A DNA stretch of 56,896 bases, the filler included, from Sphacelaria rigidula (taxonomy: Eukaryota), in NCBI GenBank assembly GCA_964200075.2. It is 7 parts of 7 records of this genome, joined end to end, with 100 filler letters (N's around TTAATTAATTAA, not from the genome) between each part and the next. Parts side by side here need not be neighbours in the genome. Positions count along the whole stretch, not along the records: positions 16,287 to 24,329 come from CAXNAA020012529.1; positions 24,430 to 32,472 come from CAXNAA020012530.1; positions 32,573 to 40,614 come from CAXNAA020012531.1; 4 more parts are not named here. The stretch is one strand, 5' to 3'. Of the stretch, positions 22,111 to 36,100 are shown in pieces. A program made the position numbers and the translations under genes. The notes beneath the pieces are model-generated. The model saw nothing but the letters and a program-made list of their open reading frames with translations, did no database searches and was not told the DNA's origin. Numbering within the stretch: the stretch's first letter is position 1; every line of letters begins with the position of its first letter.

Positions 22111-24445
22111 ATGTATCGCTTGGTAGAGGCAGTAATCATATATCTACACGACGCTACCCTTCGAAAGCACAGGGTGGCCGGGTAGGGAAACGATGCGACC
22201 CCCCCCAGAATGCTCACAGTACAAAGTACAGTGTTCCGGTTGTACCCCCTTCAACATTCGCACTGCCTGCAACCGAACAGTACGAGTAAGCTGGCTGGAT
22301 GTTTAGGCCGCCGTTCTGCAAGCCTGCTACTATGTCTGCTTATCACTCTCTCAGCGTGTTGAATGACAATCGCTTCGATGTTCGGTATCAGCGATACAGA
22401 CGTTCCAAGCCCTGAGCCTTTCTGATTCTGTTCGGTGTTCGTCATCTCACATGTATCAGGATGAATGTGTGATTCAATTTAATTCAATTATGCAATTGGA
22501 AGTTTTTTCGCTCCCACAAAACACATTTTCCCTCGATTGGGAATATTCCGCACCTCCCTAGAGTTGGGTTAGGTTAAGTGTTGAGACTGGGTGGGGATAC
22601 TCTTAGCTTGCCATACGTTGGACGAGTCATTACTCGTCGAAACGAGCGCACTCGTGGACGTTTTTCGAAAGCACAACGAGCATGACTCGTGTGCTCGAGT
22701 CATTTCTTTTTTTTACAACGGGTAATGACTCGAGTGCTCACCCTAAAACTTTTTTTCCACAACGAGCAATGCCACGAGTTCTCGCCCTACTACTTTTTAC
22801 GGCCAACGAGCAGCTCAACGAGTGCGATCGCCACGAGTCACACTCGTGCTCGTCCGACGTGTGAAAATCTTGCCACGATTCGGGCGAATGTACAATCGCC
22901 AGGAATATTCTGGCTAGATTAAGATTTCTTGGTTTTCACTCTTTCTATTTCAAAAAAAGGGGAGAGGGGGGACAAGAGCGACAGACGTCCTCGATGGTGT
23001 ATCGTCTGTATATCACAGTAAGGATTTTAGCCCCAACCCTTCTCCATCGGCTAGCTTGCGTCATGTTGATCTTACATTTATTCTTCAGGTAGCAACTCAA
23101 ACTCGAGTTTCCCGGTATATTTTGGAGTAAATTACAATTAAATATAATGAGAACCTCGGGTTTGAGATACCTCTGATGATGGCTCTTCAGCAGATCATTC
23201 AGCAGATTCATCATGCTGACGGCTATTCAGCAGACCATTCAGCAGGTTCATCTTGACGGTCGATGTGCATATGCCCGAGATTGAAATTTGCTGTCTGCGC
23301 AATGTTGAACATAGTCTGAGAAAAATCCCAGATCGTGTGACTGCACCGAGATTCGAACCCACGACCTACCCTTCAAGAAGGTTTCGAGCAGGGTTGCATA
23401 TCGGACCGAGAATGAAGTTCGATAGATATTCTTTGAATATCGAACCACAACCGCCGATACCGATGTTTTTGTCGATATTCGATATGATACGGCTGTTTTG
23501 GTATGGCCGCAGTGTACTAGACCGAGCAGTACACGTGCACACTGACACCCTCACTCACTAGTGTAGGTCGCTGAAGATATCACATCCCGTACACAGATTT
23601 TCGAAGCTCACTTACTCCTCCCCAGAAGCGATGCCAGGGATGAACTGGGCGGCGTTACAACCATCTCGTCGAGATAAAGTAATCGAGCTTTGAAAATCGC
23701 TCCTGAGGATGTGGTATCTTTTGAAACCTACGGTAGTTTCCAGTGGACAGCAGTGGACACATGATGTAGAGCAGCGGGTAGTGCAGGGTAGTGTGCAATT
23801 TCACATCATAGCAGCGGCGGCATGCGGTGATACAGCTGTCTTGCGAATATTTTTCGTCGCCGTGCAAGAGGTCGTTGATCACAGCGGGCCGGGTGTGGTA
23901 TTGGTTATGTTGTTTTTATTTCTACGGTCACTATTCCGTGTGTTTCGATCGAATGAGCACATACCTCGACTCTGCACATTCATTAGAAAAGGAAAAGGTG
24001 TCAAACCTCGAACATGCACAAGCTCAAATGCGAGCTCTTTTTTTTCAACTTTCTTCACTCCCAATAAGGGCGTGTCTCAGCACTTTTTTTTCGATCGAAA
24101 AAGTGCGCTCAAGAAAAAATTGTCCCCTCTGATAGGTCCACCGCATTTATGTTCCTCGAAGGCTTCAAATCAAAATTATAAACAGCGACGCGCGGAGAAG
24201 AATGCAACGAGTGAAGAAAAAAAACGATCGGAAACACGCAGTCGAAAGGCACGAAGCGACACTTGACTCTTGTCTTACAGACCACCACGCCGAATAACAC
24301 CCGTTCATAGGACCATGCAAACTCCATCCNNNNNNNNNNNNNNNNNNNNNNNNNNNNNNNNNNNNNNNNNNNNTTAATTAATTAANNNNNNNNNNNNNNN
24401 NNNNNNNNNNNNNNNNNNNNNNNNNNNNNTTGAACATCCTCATGG

Positions 24446-24481
24446 TTAGTGTTAGGGTTAGGGTTAGGGTTAGGGTTATGG
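24446..24481 (+). repeat. Short interstitial TTAGGG-type repeat
   Basis: TTAGTG(TTAGGG)4TTATGG. Confidence 0.8.
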
Positions 24482-26818
24482 TCAGCGGCGTAGTACGTGC
24501 AGGGACTGGCCCGATTGGTTTTGAAAAAAGACGATTCTGAGGTGTTTTGAACTACGGCGCGGTCCTCTAAGCACGCGGTCCTCTCACGCATTACAATGGG
24601 CTAGTACAGTTGCAGAATTTGACTTGCGTTTTGCGTGAATTGATTATCAGGAGCTATAATGTGGTGAACACACAGCTCATGCATCCCTATTTTTTTTGTC
24701 TTGGCGTGAAAAGAAGGACACCGATGTATTTGGTTCTTGGCTGGTCCCGTAGTCGTTGAAAGAAGTGACGAGTTTCGGGATTTGCGGTGGTTTCACGATT
24801 GCTGATGAACTTCTTTTCTTGAGAGGATACACCTGTTGAATGCGCCGTGAGCGGAAGACTTCTTTTTCGGTGGGTAGCTCTGTTCACTGAGTATGGTCCT
24901 TGAACCTTACTATTGATACCCAGTCAATGGGGGGGTGTCCGTAGGATGGCCTGGGGTAGTCAATAAGATACACCTATCAGGATAAGGTACAACAGTCTAG
25001 TGATGTACCTGTTTGAGTTCCGAGTACTACGCGGGATGACTTTATATTGTGATGTTAGTGACTAGACATACGTGAGTGGTGCTTGTCGCATCTTGGTACC
25101 TTGGCCCTCACTGGGCCCACTCCCCTTCCTTCCCTCTTCATCAACAAAGCAGTATATACATTTCTACCTCATCTTGATCGGCAGTCAGCCGTGTCCATTG
25201 ATCGACTATCGCAGTCGTGTCCATTGATCGATTGTCTGAGTCGAGTCTGCACCCCATCCTCTCACGGGGTCACGAAGCTACAAACAGTCCTACCATCGGG
25301 GGAAGGGGTGTTTCGAGCCACCCATCGCACGAGAGGAGTTATGTTGGAGGGTCGCTACAAGAGCAGCAAATTTGCATGCTCTTGGTATCAACACGGAACG
25401 CACACGAACATTCGCATCGCCTATCAACATCAACATTTGCAGTCACATACAAGCGAAAAATGAAGCCATGAGCTCATACAGCTCCCCCCTTGTTTCGTGC
25501 AACCGAACGTTCCCCCGTATCGGGTGACCAGTCCTGACGAGCTGAAGGACATACCCACCTTCTCTTGGCTTTCCGTGAGCCACAACCTGCTTTGCATGCC
25601 GCCAAGCTTGTCGGACGGCCCTACATTGAACTGCTTCCCGCCGTGGGTGATTGGGGCGGGGTTTGTCATATCTCCGGATAGCACGTTTCGCTTCGGGGTC
25701 GGGGGAGAATCCGGTGCCCCGTCTTGGTTTGCGAGGCTGCGCTGGAACTCTGAGTAGTGGGGATTGTGTGCGCAGTGGGCAGAGCAAGTTGCTCCACAGT
25801 CAGCAATGTTGTAATGTTGCAATGTTGCTCCTCGTTGGTGTCACGTCGTTGTAACACCCCAAAAGGAAATGTGACAAGAGGGAGTCAATAGAATCGATAA
25901 TGCACATAATCATAGATATACCCTGGTACTCGGCCATAAAATGTAGCTTTTAAGACATGAAGACGAGGTCTAGCTCCTTTTCAGCTACCAAAGCACACAG
26001 ACTGGTGGTGAATACATCCGTAGTCTGTAGCAGAGATACAATTTCTGTACAAGACAACAAGTCATGAACCATTTTACCATTTCGAACCCTGAACCCTCGA
26101 CCAACGGCAGTCAACCATGCGACGCAGAACGCCGCCATAGCCCCGCCCCTCCGCCCAAACCAACCCCACAACTGTCACGAAAAATGGCCGTATGACGCAT
26201 TATGGCTACTTTCAAACTGCACGAAGCGCCTCATATGGGCGACCATTGGGGAAATGATCCCAAGCGTCTTAGTTTCCAGCTCCTCGACGACAGCAGTACG
26301 ACGTGGACCGCCATTTCACCAACAATCGAGCGCGTGCTGATGCGCGTGTTTCCCTCACGTAGCGTGCGCGTTGCCGTAGCTTATACCCAGGGATTTATCA
26401 TGAGCTGCAGATGGATGCGGTATCACGATACGAACTGCCAGTGACATGATGAATGACCTAGCCCGAAACCCTCACACCTGTAGACTAGAGACGAATCTCT
26501 GGTGTAAGAGGTTACGGGATCCTGCGCGGTAGAGAAAGCTCGGGACAATGTATAGCCATCGTAAGAACCCGAGAGGATACTCTATACAAGCCATGTCAAG
26601 TGCCCAGCACCCAGGCTCATGGTCAATCCTTGCTTTAAACATCAAGAGAGAATATACGCCTCACTTTTTGAGATCCTTCGGCAATAGGGCTACGTCAGCG
26701 ACCTTATGCTGGAGGAACCGGAGGTCATCTTCGGTCTGTGACGATTCATAGGCAAGGGAAGACGCCCTCCTCGGAGTGAAAGTGACGGGTATCGAACCTC
26801 CACGACTAACTTTTGTTG

Positions 26819-26896
26819 CGATTTATGGGCAACCGATTAGACTACCGTACGGTCAGCGCTGACTGTACGGTAGTCTAATCGGTTGCCCATAAATCG
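26819..26896. repeat. 78-bp near-perfect loopless palindrome
   Basis: CGATTTATGGGCAACCGATTAGACTACCGTACGGTCAGC|GCTGACTGTACGGTAGTCTAATCGGTTGCCCATAAATCG with a single G/T mismatch. Confidence 0.95.
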
Positions 26897-29800
26897 TCAC
26901 AGATCGGAGCACACACGGTCATACCGTACGATCCCAGTAAAGTTTAAAATAAATTGGTGACACCAATGAGAAAACTTATACGCATCATGAACAGAAGGTT
27001 CAGGGTTCGACTCCCGGCCCGCAATCCCGGTTACCACCAATGCGACAAAAAAAATGTTGCCCAAGTTGAGAGAGCGACAAAAAATCTCACAACCGGTGGG
27101 AAAGGGAAGATGCGATGGGTGACCAACAGGCAGAGTTCACGAACCCACAGGAACGTCTTTTGCGGAGATTATTGGCTAGGCAACCCAACACACGTACAAG
27201 GCATGTATGCGAAGAAGAATGTGCATCCTGATGCTTCGGTAGGGGTACATGAATATTTTCTGAGGTTAGAATTGTTAAGAGCCCTTTATCTCATCCAAAT
27301 CACGACTTATGAAAATATGTGAGAGTACGCCAGGATTACTACTCCAATGTGCTGGGGATATCCCGAATGAATTTGCAAACGGAGATGTCCTGACCCATAT
27401 TCTTGTGCATCTAGAATCGTTGGGAGCCCCTGAACCAAACAAGATCTCGCGCAAAAAGTGCACCCCTATCGTAGCATTGATCTGCACAAATATCCTCACC
27501 TTTAGCCGGCGAAAATGGTCACCTCTGATTACCGCTTCTCGTCAACCAACGTACGACGAGGCCTATGAAAATGGGGGTCGTTATATGGATATTGTCACGG
27601 AAGGGAAAAATTCCTTCAAGTACCCGTCGAGGGAATGACCTTTTCAGACACACACATACATATATACACACACACATGCCTGAGTGCTGACTGCGAGAAG
27701 TACGTGTGTATTGGCTTGACATGCAAGTAGCTATGAGAAATCCGGATTCGGCCTTTAAACAAAAAGGTTTGTGAGAAATGTGTGACCTGGCCTAAAAAAT
27801 CGGCGGGGGAAAGGGGATCGAGGAGCGGTCAGGGGGCACAAAGGAGTATACGTATGATATTATATAACGTAGTATCCCTGAAATTTCTCAGGACTTTTAC
27901 GAGTCGTTGAACGAGAAAGGGGGGTCACAATAGCCATTTTTACGGAGTCGGGCCACAGGTGTTTTCACCAGCGCCCGTTCTGGACGAAGATAAACACACG
28001 AATTGTGTATTGATATCACCATGACCAATGACCGCTGATTTCCGCCAGCACCACTGCGGGTGCCCCGGTGTGAGTGGCCTCGCCTGGAGTGGTCCCCACC
28101 TCAAAAGTAGCCCACGTACGATTCATTATTAGACCAAGAAGACCCGCCAATTGACAGCTTCGCGAGCAAACGCTATTCTACTGTCTACAAAAGCTACTTT
28201 GGTGTACTTGCGGTATAATATACGCCACACATGGTACATGTATACTCGGGAAACTCTTGCTAACCGTCCATGTCCAACTGGGAGGCCGTTCATGTACAAC
28301 AAGAAGTCTGTTGAGGGGCCATCCACCAATAACTCGCGGGACTGTCAAGCGAACCAAAACACTCGGAACAATTCAGTTACTGTAGCATGGAGGCGACGCA
28401 GAAGAAAAGCCGCTGTCATTCTTGTGAGAGATGGGCGACACACCAAAATATCCTACCCTTCATCCATTATTTTCCTCCAACGCGCCACGACCCCGCTGAC
28501 GCGTGGCCAGTCTATCTCCGTCACACTTGTTCGCCAGTTTGTCTTCATTCACAGAAACCACGCCAGGCGCCGCTTGATCGTATAGCCACCACGGTAGTAC
28601 ACCACGCAAATTGCATGGTCATCACAATATCATGACCGCTACATACACTACCAATAATGTACAACCATCCTTCTTACAAGTGACCAAAAACTCTTCTGTA
28701 TACCAACTGAATGAACACTGTCCGTTCACTTCTGCTTTGTTGTAAAAACGGTAGTTCCACATGCGACTCTCATCTTCCTTCTACTCTTTCGGGCGATGAA
28801 CACTGTTAGAACTGTCCCTCCGCAACATCCCCCCAAAGCCACTGCCGAGGGTACCAATCCTAAGCTGATGACGTTGATAGCGATGGCGTTCTTGAGAATG
28901 TTCTTTGGATCGAAACGTGACGATGACGTGCGCCGTCCACACCGTCGGCAGTCGCATCATGGAAAAAGTGAAAGCGGCCAACAAAATCAGCAGACGGAGA
29001 AGCCCGGGTAGAATTTCCCGGCTTGCCGGAGCGCCGTTGAGGCCTTGCCACAATGGGGTGGTCACCAGATTGATCTGCAAATATGGTGCAGCCATCCCAT
29101 ACGACAGAGGCAGAAGGAAAGAGGGCACATGCGTAAGGTGTACAGAGGCGTTTCGCAGTAAACTTCTTGAGTGCGTCAGGGTTTCCATTCCGAGAATCCA
29201 GCCTGACAGTCCCGTAGATCGAGTCGGAGTTAGGCAACCTCAGGTCAATAAAATTGGACAAAATTACAACCTTTCAGTTTGGAATATGACAAGTGTAGCA
29301 GGCTGCGTCCACGGTTGAGCACTAAGGTTAGATATTCGGGCCGTCGGTATCACATAGCATATTTGCCATTGTATCCGCCGAGCGCTCCGTCAGGACAACG
29401 ACTCGTAAAACCCTCGTCTATGCCTTACCAAACGCGGTGGTGGCACGGTCGCTGCTCTTGCTGGCCTCCACCCACCCAATATAACTGTACGGTAAGGTAC
29501 TGCACGGTATTGTACCAACTACTGTACAACATGGATATGTGCGTAGCAACGGCCCGGCGGGCCAGCACTCCCCTTTTTTGTAAAGTAGGCGTCGTGTCTT
29601 TTACCGGAACAACTATTCCGAAACACCAAATTAGCGAGGCCAACGAAAGACCACCTGGGCGATTGAGCGCTATGAGGAATAAGCTTCATTATTTACTCTT
29701 TATATCACCAATGTGGAAAGGTGATTGGGTCCTCGACATACACTCGTGTTATGTCACCCCTCCCTTCGGGTACTATCTGTAGTAAATAAGCACATAACTG

Positions 29801-32259
29801 AGTCAGGGCTTCCGCGCTCAATCGTAGATACGCTGAACGGTACTGCGTGTCTTGACAAAACGTGCGACCTTTGAGCGAGCCCTCACATGGACCTTGAGTG
29901 GACTCTCCACTGACAAAAACATCAAGAGCAATTTTGTCTATTTTTTTTACCACCTCTTCAACCCCTCGTCCTTCTCGGCACAAGTCCGCAGTCTGCCTCT
30001 AAAGGAATCAATCAACCCATCTTTCTCCAGTTATACACCTGCCTGATATCACTAGCTTCGAGGATTGAATCAAGACCCCCGCGCCGCGTCGAGTCTCTCT
30101 CTCTCTCGTCGCATTTTCATTTTGCTACTCGTGTCAGAAACCTTCCAACGACGGAAAACCAGATCCTGCTCAAAAGGATTGTAATATTTAGAGATTCAAC
30201 TCCGCAACCTTTCGCCCTATCCGGTCGTTTACTGGTTGTGATCATTTGAAGTAGATCCACCGGGGTACTGCGGCTCTGACGGGGGAAAAAATAAAGTCTG
30301 CGCGGAGGCCGGAGCTCACGGGATCTTCCCGTCGAGGACAGTGATACTGTTCCGAAATGAGGTATAGTTTCCAAGGGGTCAACAGCCACTGAGCGCCCGC
30401 AGACAGGCACCAGAGTCTTACATTAAAAGTTATTCTGCGAAGACCCTTGAGAACCCGCAGATGGGAATCCCAAGGCTTTAGAAAGTCACTTTCTAACCGG
30501 GAAGACAAAAACTATTCAACAAAGAGATGGACACACACAGCCTGGATGGCCAATATAGTTTTGACAAAAATGACGAAAAAAGGAAGAGTAAAGATAAATG
30601 GTCATGATTCACGTAATCCGTAGATACGTATACCGGGAAGGCAATCATCAGTTACTTACAGCTCCTGAAGAAACGATAAGTTACCTGGAGGCAATTCTGT
30701 TTCTGTGTGTACACAGATAGAGTCAGACGTATGTCTACCTACCTCTGAAATTGGCGTTTCCTTCTCATTTTACCCGTAATCATTTGAGCGAGGATCCACG
30801 AACGATCTCTAGGACAGTCGCTGATCAAGTGAGCATGAAAGCCGTCGCGCCCTGCTGGTCTCAACTGAAATGGTACATCAGTAGCCAGCTAGGGCGAAAC
30901 CTTGGAGGTTCGAATCCGGACAGATAAAATCGTTTCACACGCTGAACAATATATGGTCGAATATTAACCCTTTTGGGACCGGGCCTCCAGAACGACCAAT
31001 GAGACTGGTTAGGAATAACGTGCATAGCCTCCGCACGAAACCGTGGCGTGCTGCTGAAAATCCGCGCATGTAACCGCAGGGTTATGATGAAGACCGAAAG
31101 TTTCATCCGATCAATTTTTAGGTGCAGGGGGCGCATTAGGTGGTGTACATCTGATGTAGCAAGCAGTATGGGTCGCGGTAGAGAGCTGCCAACAGGATGC
31201 GGCGACCGGCGGGCCGCCCGCCACTTGTGGCTTTGGATGATACTTTTGTCTCCGCCACCTTGCCATACAGCCCTTTATGGTCGTGGTGGGCCGCCATTTC
31301 CCTCTTTAGCGGCAAATTCTCTTCCAAGGGTATCAGCGTTGCGGCGCGCATGCATACAACATACAACAGTATAGTACAGTACACTGTAGTACGCCTCTCC
31401 GGCTGAAGCAGCAGCAGCTGCTGCATACTCCGTTGCACGTTCTGAGCAGTTCTCAGCTACCGAGATCAACTACCTATATACCGCTTGTTCATCCTTGCCC
31501 ACTACATACATGCTCACAGTGTTCTGAAAGTAATCGGCAGAGGGATAAGCAAAATTCATGACGGAGCTCCTTTTGTCTTTCCACGGCCCACCCAGGTTTA
31601 GTGCCTCGTGAAAATGACCACATTGTAGCACGTACACTCCTACCCGGTTTTTCCGGTCGACCCTATGTTAGTGTAAATTACGACGTGTAAGTATAAAATT
31701 GTGACCCAAAAAAAACACCGGAAAACTCGGGAACGCTGTACTGAGTGCCAGTAAACTTATATAACCAAGTTCCTACCGCCCTGCACTTGGAAACCTGGGA
31801 AGGCTTATCTGGGCTAGGGATAGGGCCCCCACACGATTTTTGCAGTGGCACCACACTCGCCAACAATCCCCGCCCTGGTCGTTCGGGTCTGGTCGACGCA
31901 TTTCGCCTGGCCGTGATTGGGCAGATCGCTCGAAGACTTTTTTTTAATTATTTCACTAACACAGGGTAAACCCTGTGTTAGTGGGGGGTCGGTCCCAAAT
32001 GGTTTGATAGTTGCAGTAGACAAAAATGTACTGCGTGAAGTACAGGCATGTTGCAACTATTGACCATATATTGTATAGGGTGTGAATTGTTTTGAGCATA
32101 ACCTCGTTCCGGTCTTTGGAAGCGTGAGTACGCGAGCATCAAAGCAAAATTCGACGGGATTTCACGCGGTACTGGGAGGGGCTGTGCAATCCGCGATGGC
32201 GCTAAAATTCCAGGAGGGCAGGTACTCTTCAACCCTTTGATGTCTACCCCTCACCCCCC

Positions 32260-32472
32260 CAGGGACCTGGACCTGCCAGAGAGAAGAAAGAGATTTACCA
32301 ATCGTCGAAAGGAGGAAGTAGATGCACAGAACTGCCTCTGTGGCGAAGGAACAGATAGCAGAAGTTATATAGTGGCAGAATGTGAAGTATACAAGGAGGA
32401 ACGGGACGTGCTAGAGGGGGACATGCGAGACGTGAACAAAGGTGGTATGGAATCGTTTGATGCATTAGACAG
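32260..32472 (+). mobile_element. 5'-truncated non-LTR retrotransposon fragment (C-terminal Cys/His-like region), cut by contig end
   Basis: DLDLPERRKRFTNRRKEEVDAQNCLCGEGTDSRSYIVAECEVYKEERDVLE resembles a degenerate LINE C-terminal C-x-C...H-x4-C region (His replaced by Tyr). Recognised from memory as a common brown algal repeat-derived peptide. Confidence 0.5.
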
Positions 32473-33125
32473 NNNNNNNNNNNNNNNNNNNNNNNNNNNN
32501 NNNNNNNNNNNNNNNNTTAATTAATTAANNNNNNNNNNNNNNNNNNNNNNNNNNNNNNNNNNNNNNNNNNNNCGATCTCCTTGCACTCTGTGACCACGGG
32601 TTCGAGAGATCGAGCTAATGTGATGGATATAATAATAATAAAACCGGGTGAGGGATGGTGGGGGATAATCCGCTCGAACCGGAATGTTTTGGGTTACTTT
32701 TTCTTTCTGTTCCGAACACTTCCAGCGATTTGAGAATGAGATAACCCCCCCAAACCAGGCTAAGTAATCTATATAATGTTGTATTCAGGCCTCGGCGTTT
32801 CACTACTGTGTAAACGATACTTTCTTGACAGTTAGTTGCACGACACCTTGACGGTTAGAACTTCGACCCACGTGCCGACATTGTGGGGGTATATGTGTGC
32901 ACAACTTGCAGCTCAGTGTACTGTAATGCGAGAGGGGGGCAGTTGACGCAACCCATGTCTTGCCCACGTTGTGGCCGCTCAGTGAAACAACCTGAATAGT
33001 ATCGCCCACGAAAGCATCGCACTTGTCGAGTTGTGATCGGAGACGTAAGACAAGTCATATGCGCGGGCCTGATTTGTCAGTACCATGCGACGATGTGTAC
33101 TTCCAGTTCCTACTGTTTCTGGACA

Positions 33126-36100
33126 TTAGTCATGCTCCACCGGGGGGGTTGAACACAGCTCCAGGAATGGACGTGTAGTAAGCTCGAAGGCTGATTCAGC
33201 CATACTGATTTTGGCCAGAGCCTGCTCGTGCTTGTCGTGCTTGTCGGCCTACTTCGCCCGCTGCCCAAAGCACATCCAAGCTCTTTTAGATCTTCCTAAC
33301 CCGGGGAAGATCCCATCACGGCGTGTCTTGTTTTCCAGTAATTTTAGCCCGCGGGAAGAAAGGGCGGAATTGGTAAAATCCGATCTGATAGGTCCGCGTC
33401 ATTTGTGTTGATCATCGATTCACTTCATTTCCCTCGTTTCTGCGCTTGCCACCGAGGGGCTGTCTCCCTGAAATATTTTGGCTGCGAGAGACTATGCGGT
33501 GAGACAAAAAAACTTCGCAGAGAATAGATCCACGCCATTTCTGCCCCCTAGATGGACGGCTTCATTCTTCGCGGGCGACCGGATGCCCAGAAATGGGAAC
33601 GCTTCGCTTTTTCAGCATGAAAATGCGGCGCAAAACAATAGCGTGGTGGTGAGAATACAATCCCGTGTTTTGTCAGGTGGTGGTCATGCGCGACCCTTGT
33701 ACATGCAAACCCAACGCTTCAAGGCGTACCCCGTCGTCTACAGACGCCCACGATAGATACTCGACACCTTGAGAGGTGGCCACAGTTTTCCGCGGTATGG
33801 GACTATACCTTTTTAGTGATGTTGGTGTGATATTGGGTGAGCGATAGGAATATGCGCCAAAAGTTATCGCTTCGTGTTCCCGCCGGACCACAAGTTTGAC
33901 AGACGCAGTCATCCGAAAACAGACAACGCTGCTTCGTTTCACGACCGACTAGATACGAAACCAAGGGCACAAAACACCAGCTGGTCAAGAGCTATCGAGA
34001 AAATATTGTGCGAAGACACGCCCCTATCATGTCAACATAAACGACGATAGTTGAAACTACGACGTAGCAGATCCGATAATTCCTCTTCCACCCGCACATT
34101 TTCGATCGAAAAAAAATTCTTCGGGGATGGTGGGATGTGGACTCATGGCGACCATCAGTAACCGTCAACAACAGATGACAAACCACAGTCGGTCCAAGGG
34201 GCTCAAACCCTGACCAAGAGAGTGTCGCTGCAATCCAGGCAGTGCACCATAGCCCCTAGTATACCTTATACTCAAAGTCATCCGTGTGCGTGTTTTTGGC
34301 TGTTGACTTGGATTCGTCAAGATATGACGTTGCAGTGACTATTCATTGCTGCCGCAAAATTACACAGCATAAGTAACACCGAAACTAGCACTTCGGGCCG
34401 TTAACACGACACAAATTTTCGTATATGAGTGATGCCGGGATAGCCCCCCGCAGGGGAGTGGCTGGTTTGAAGAGGCAAAATGTATTTGTGAAACAAAAAT
34501 ATCAAAAGCAGAGCACACCGAGCAGCTGGGAACTCCCACGCTTGGGATCGTTTTCGCCAATGTCGCCAATGCGAGGCTCAAAAGTCTGGGCCAACATTTT
34601 CTCGTTGATTAAATCTCATATGTAGTAATTCTGTACCGTACGGAGATAGCGTCCATACTAAAATCTATATCAAACCCCGAACGATATATTCAGCGGATGG
34701 CGACGATTTTGTGGTGTTGGCATTCCCCGGAGCACGGTGAGACGATGGATACCCTCACCTACACCTGATTCCTTATCTGTCTCGAGATATGGCGCACACA
34801 AGGTTTCAAGGTTGTGTTCTGTAAGGGTACGGGTACGTTCTGTAAGGTATGAGATTCCGTACAGAGTTTACAGAACTGTCGGGTACCGGTTTGAAAGTCT
34901 TACAGACTTTACAGAACTTGTCGGGTACGGTACGGGAGGTTTACAGAGAACCGGTATCGGCAGTCGGGTAACTCTTTTCGGGTATACCCGCCCTTGGGGT
35001 TCGTGTAAATGTTATGTACAGAACTTACAGACCTGTCTGGTACCGGTATGAAAGTCTTACAGACTTTACAGAACTTGTCGGGTACGGTATAGGAGGCTTA
35101 CAGAAAACCGGTACCGGCAGTCGGGTAACTCTTTTCGGGTATACCCGCCCTTGGGGTTCGTGTAAATGTATTGTACAGAACTTACATAACTATCGGGTAC
35201 GGGTATGAAAGTCTTACAGAAGTCGCAGAACTGTCGGGTACGGTACATGCGCGGAAAAATACCCCGGGTATACAGAAAACCGTACCTTACAGAACACAAC
35301 CTTTGATTTTTTGGTTGGGGTGCTGAAATGAATGAGAGGGCAGGGTGTGGTGGTAGGAGCTGGGAGGTACATGTTCGGGCCATTAGGTTATGTTTTGATT
35401 GAACCTATATCCATACTTCCAGAGGGTATATACCTGTGCTCGTACCTGCAACGGGGTATATCTGCAAGGGTATACCCTAACCCCGGGTAAGGGTACAGGA
35501 AGCTTACAGAGTTTACAGAACTGTCGGGTACCGGTTTGGAAGTCTCACAGACTTTACAGAACTGTCGGGTACCGGTATGAAAGTCTCACAGACTTCACAG
35601 AACTTGTCGGGTACGGTACGGGAGGTTTACAGAGAACCAGTACCGGTAATCGGGTAACTCTTTTCGGGTATACCCGCCCCTCGGGTTCGGGTAAACGTTA
35701 TGTACAGAACTTACAGAACTGTCGGGTACCGGTGTGAAAGTCTTACAGACTTTACAGAACTCGTCGGGTACGGTACGGGAGGCTTACAGAGAACCGGTAC
35801 CGGCAATCGGGTAACTCTTTTCGGGTATACCCGCCCTTCGGGTTCGGGTGAATGTATTGTACAGAACTTATAGAAGTACCGGGTACCGGTATGAAAGTCT
35901 TACAGAGATTACAGAACTGTCGGGTACCTGTATGGAAGCACTCTTTTCGGGTATACCCGCCGCTCGGGTTCGGGTAAATGTTATGTACAGAACTTACAGA
36001 ACTGTCGGGTACCGGTGTGCAAGTCTTACAGACTTTACAGAACTCGTCGGGTACGGTATAGGAGGCTTACAGAGAACCATTACCGGCAATCGGGTAACTC

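Larger units (their letters stand above)
20838..23010. mobile_element. Long-TIR non-autonomous DNA transposon (CAG...CTG-TA ends, Tc1/mariner- or foldback-like) with internal minisatellite
   Basis: 20838-21455 is an inverted copy of ~22615-23010. The ORF track shows the same peptide LTLKLFFHNEQCHEFSPYYFLRPTSSSTSAIATSHTRARPTCENLATIRANV on opposite strands. No transposase ORF. Confidence 0.75.

Noticed and set aside
24446..24481. True telomere at contig end
   Set aside because: Only four perfect units, non-repeat sequence on both sides, and the G-rich strand points into the contig.
25430..29318. ORFs in contig 4 as viral, transposase or tyrosine recombinase genes; possible PBS (TGGTGACACC at ~26955)
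   Set aside because: No convincing catalytic motifs in any frame and no paired LTRs identified.
34515..34587. Possible extra minus-strand exon (TFEPRIGDIGENDPKR)
   Set aside because: Phase-incompatible, and similar to sequence at ~26225-26285 in another contig, so it is a repeat.
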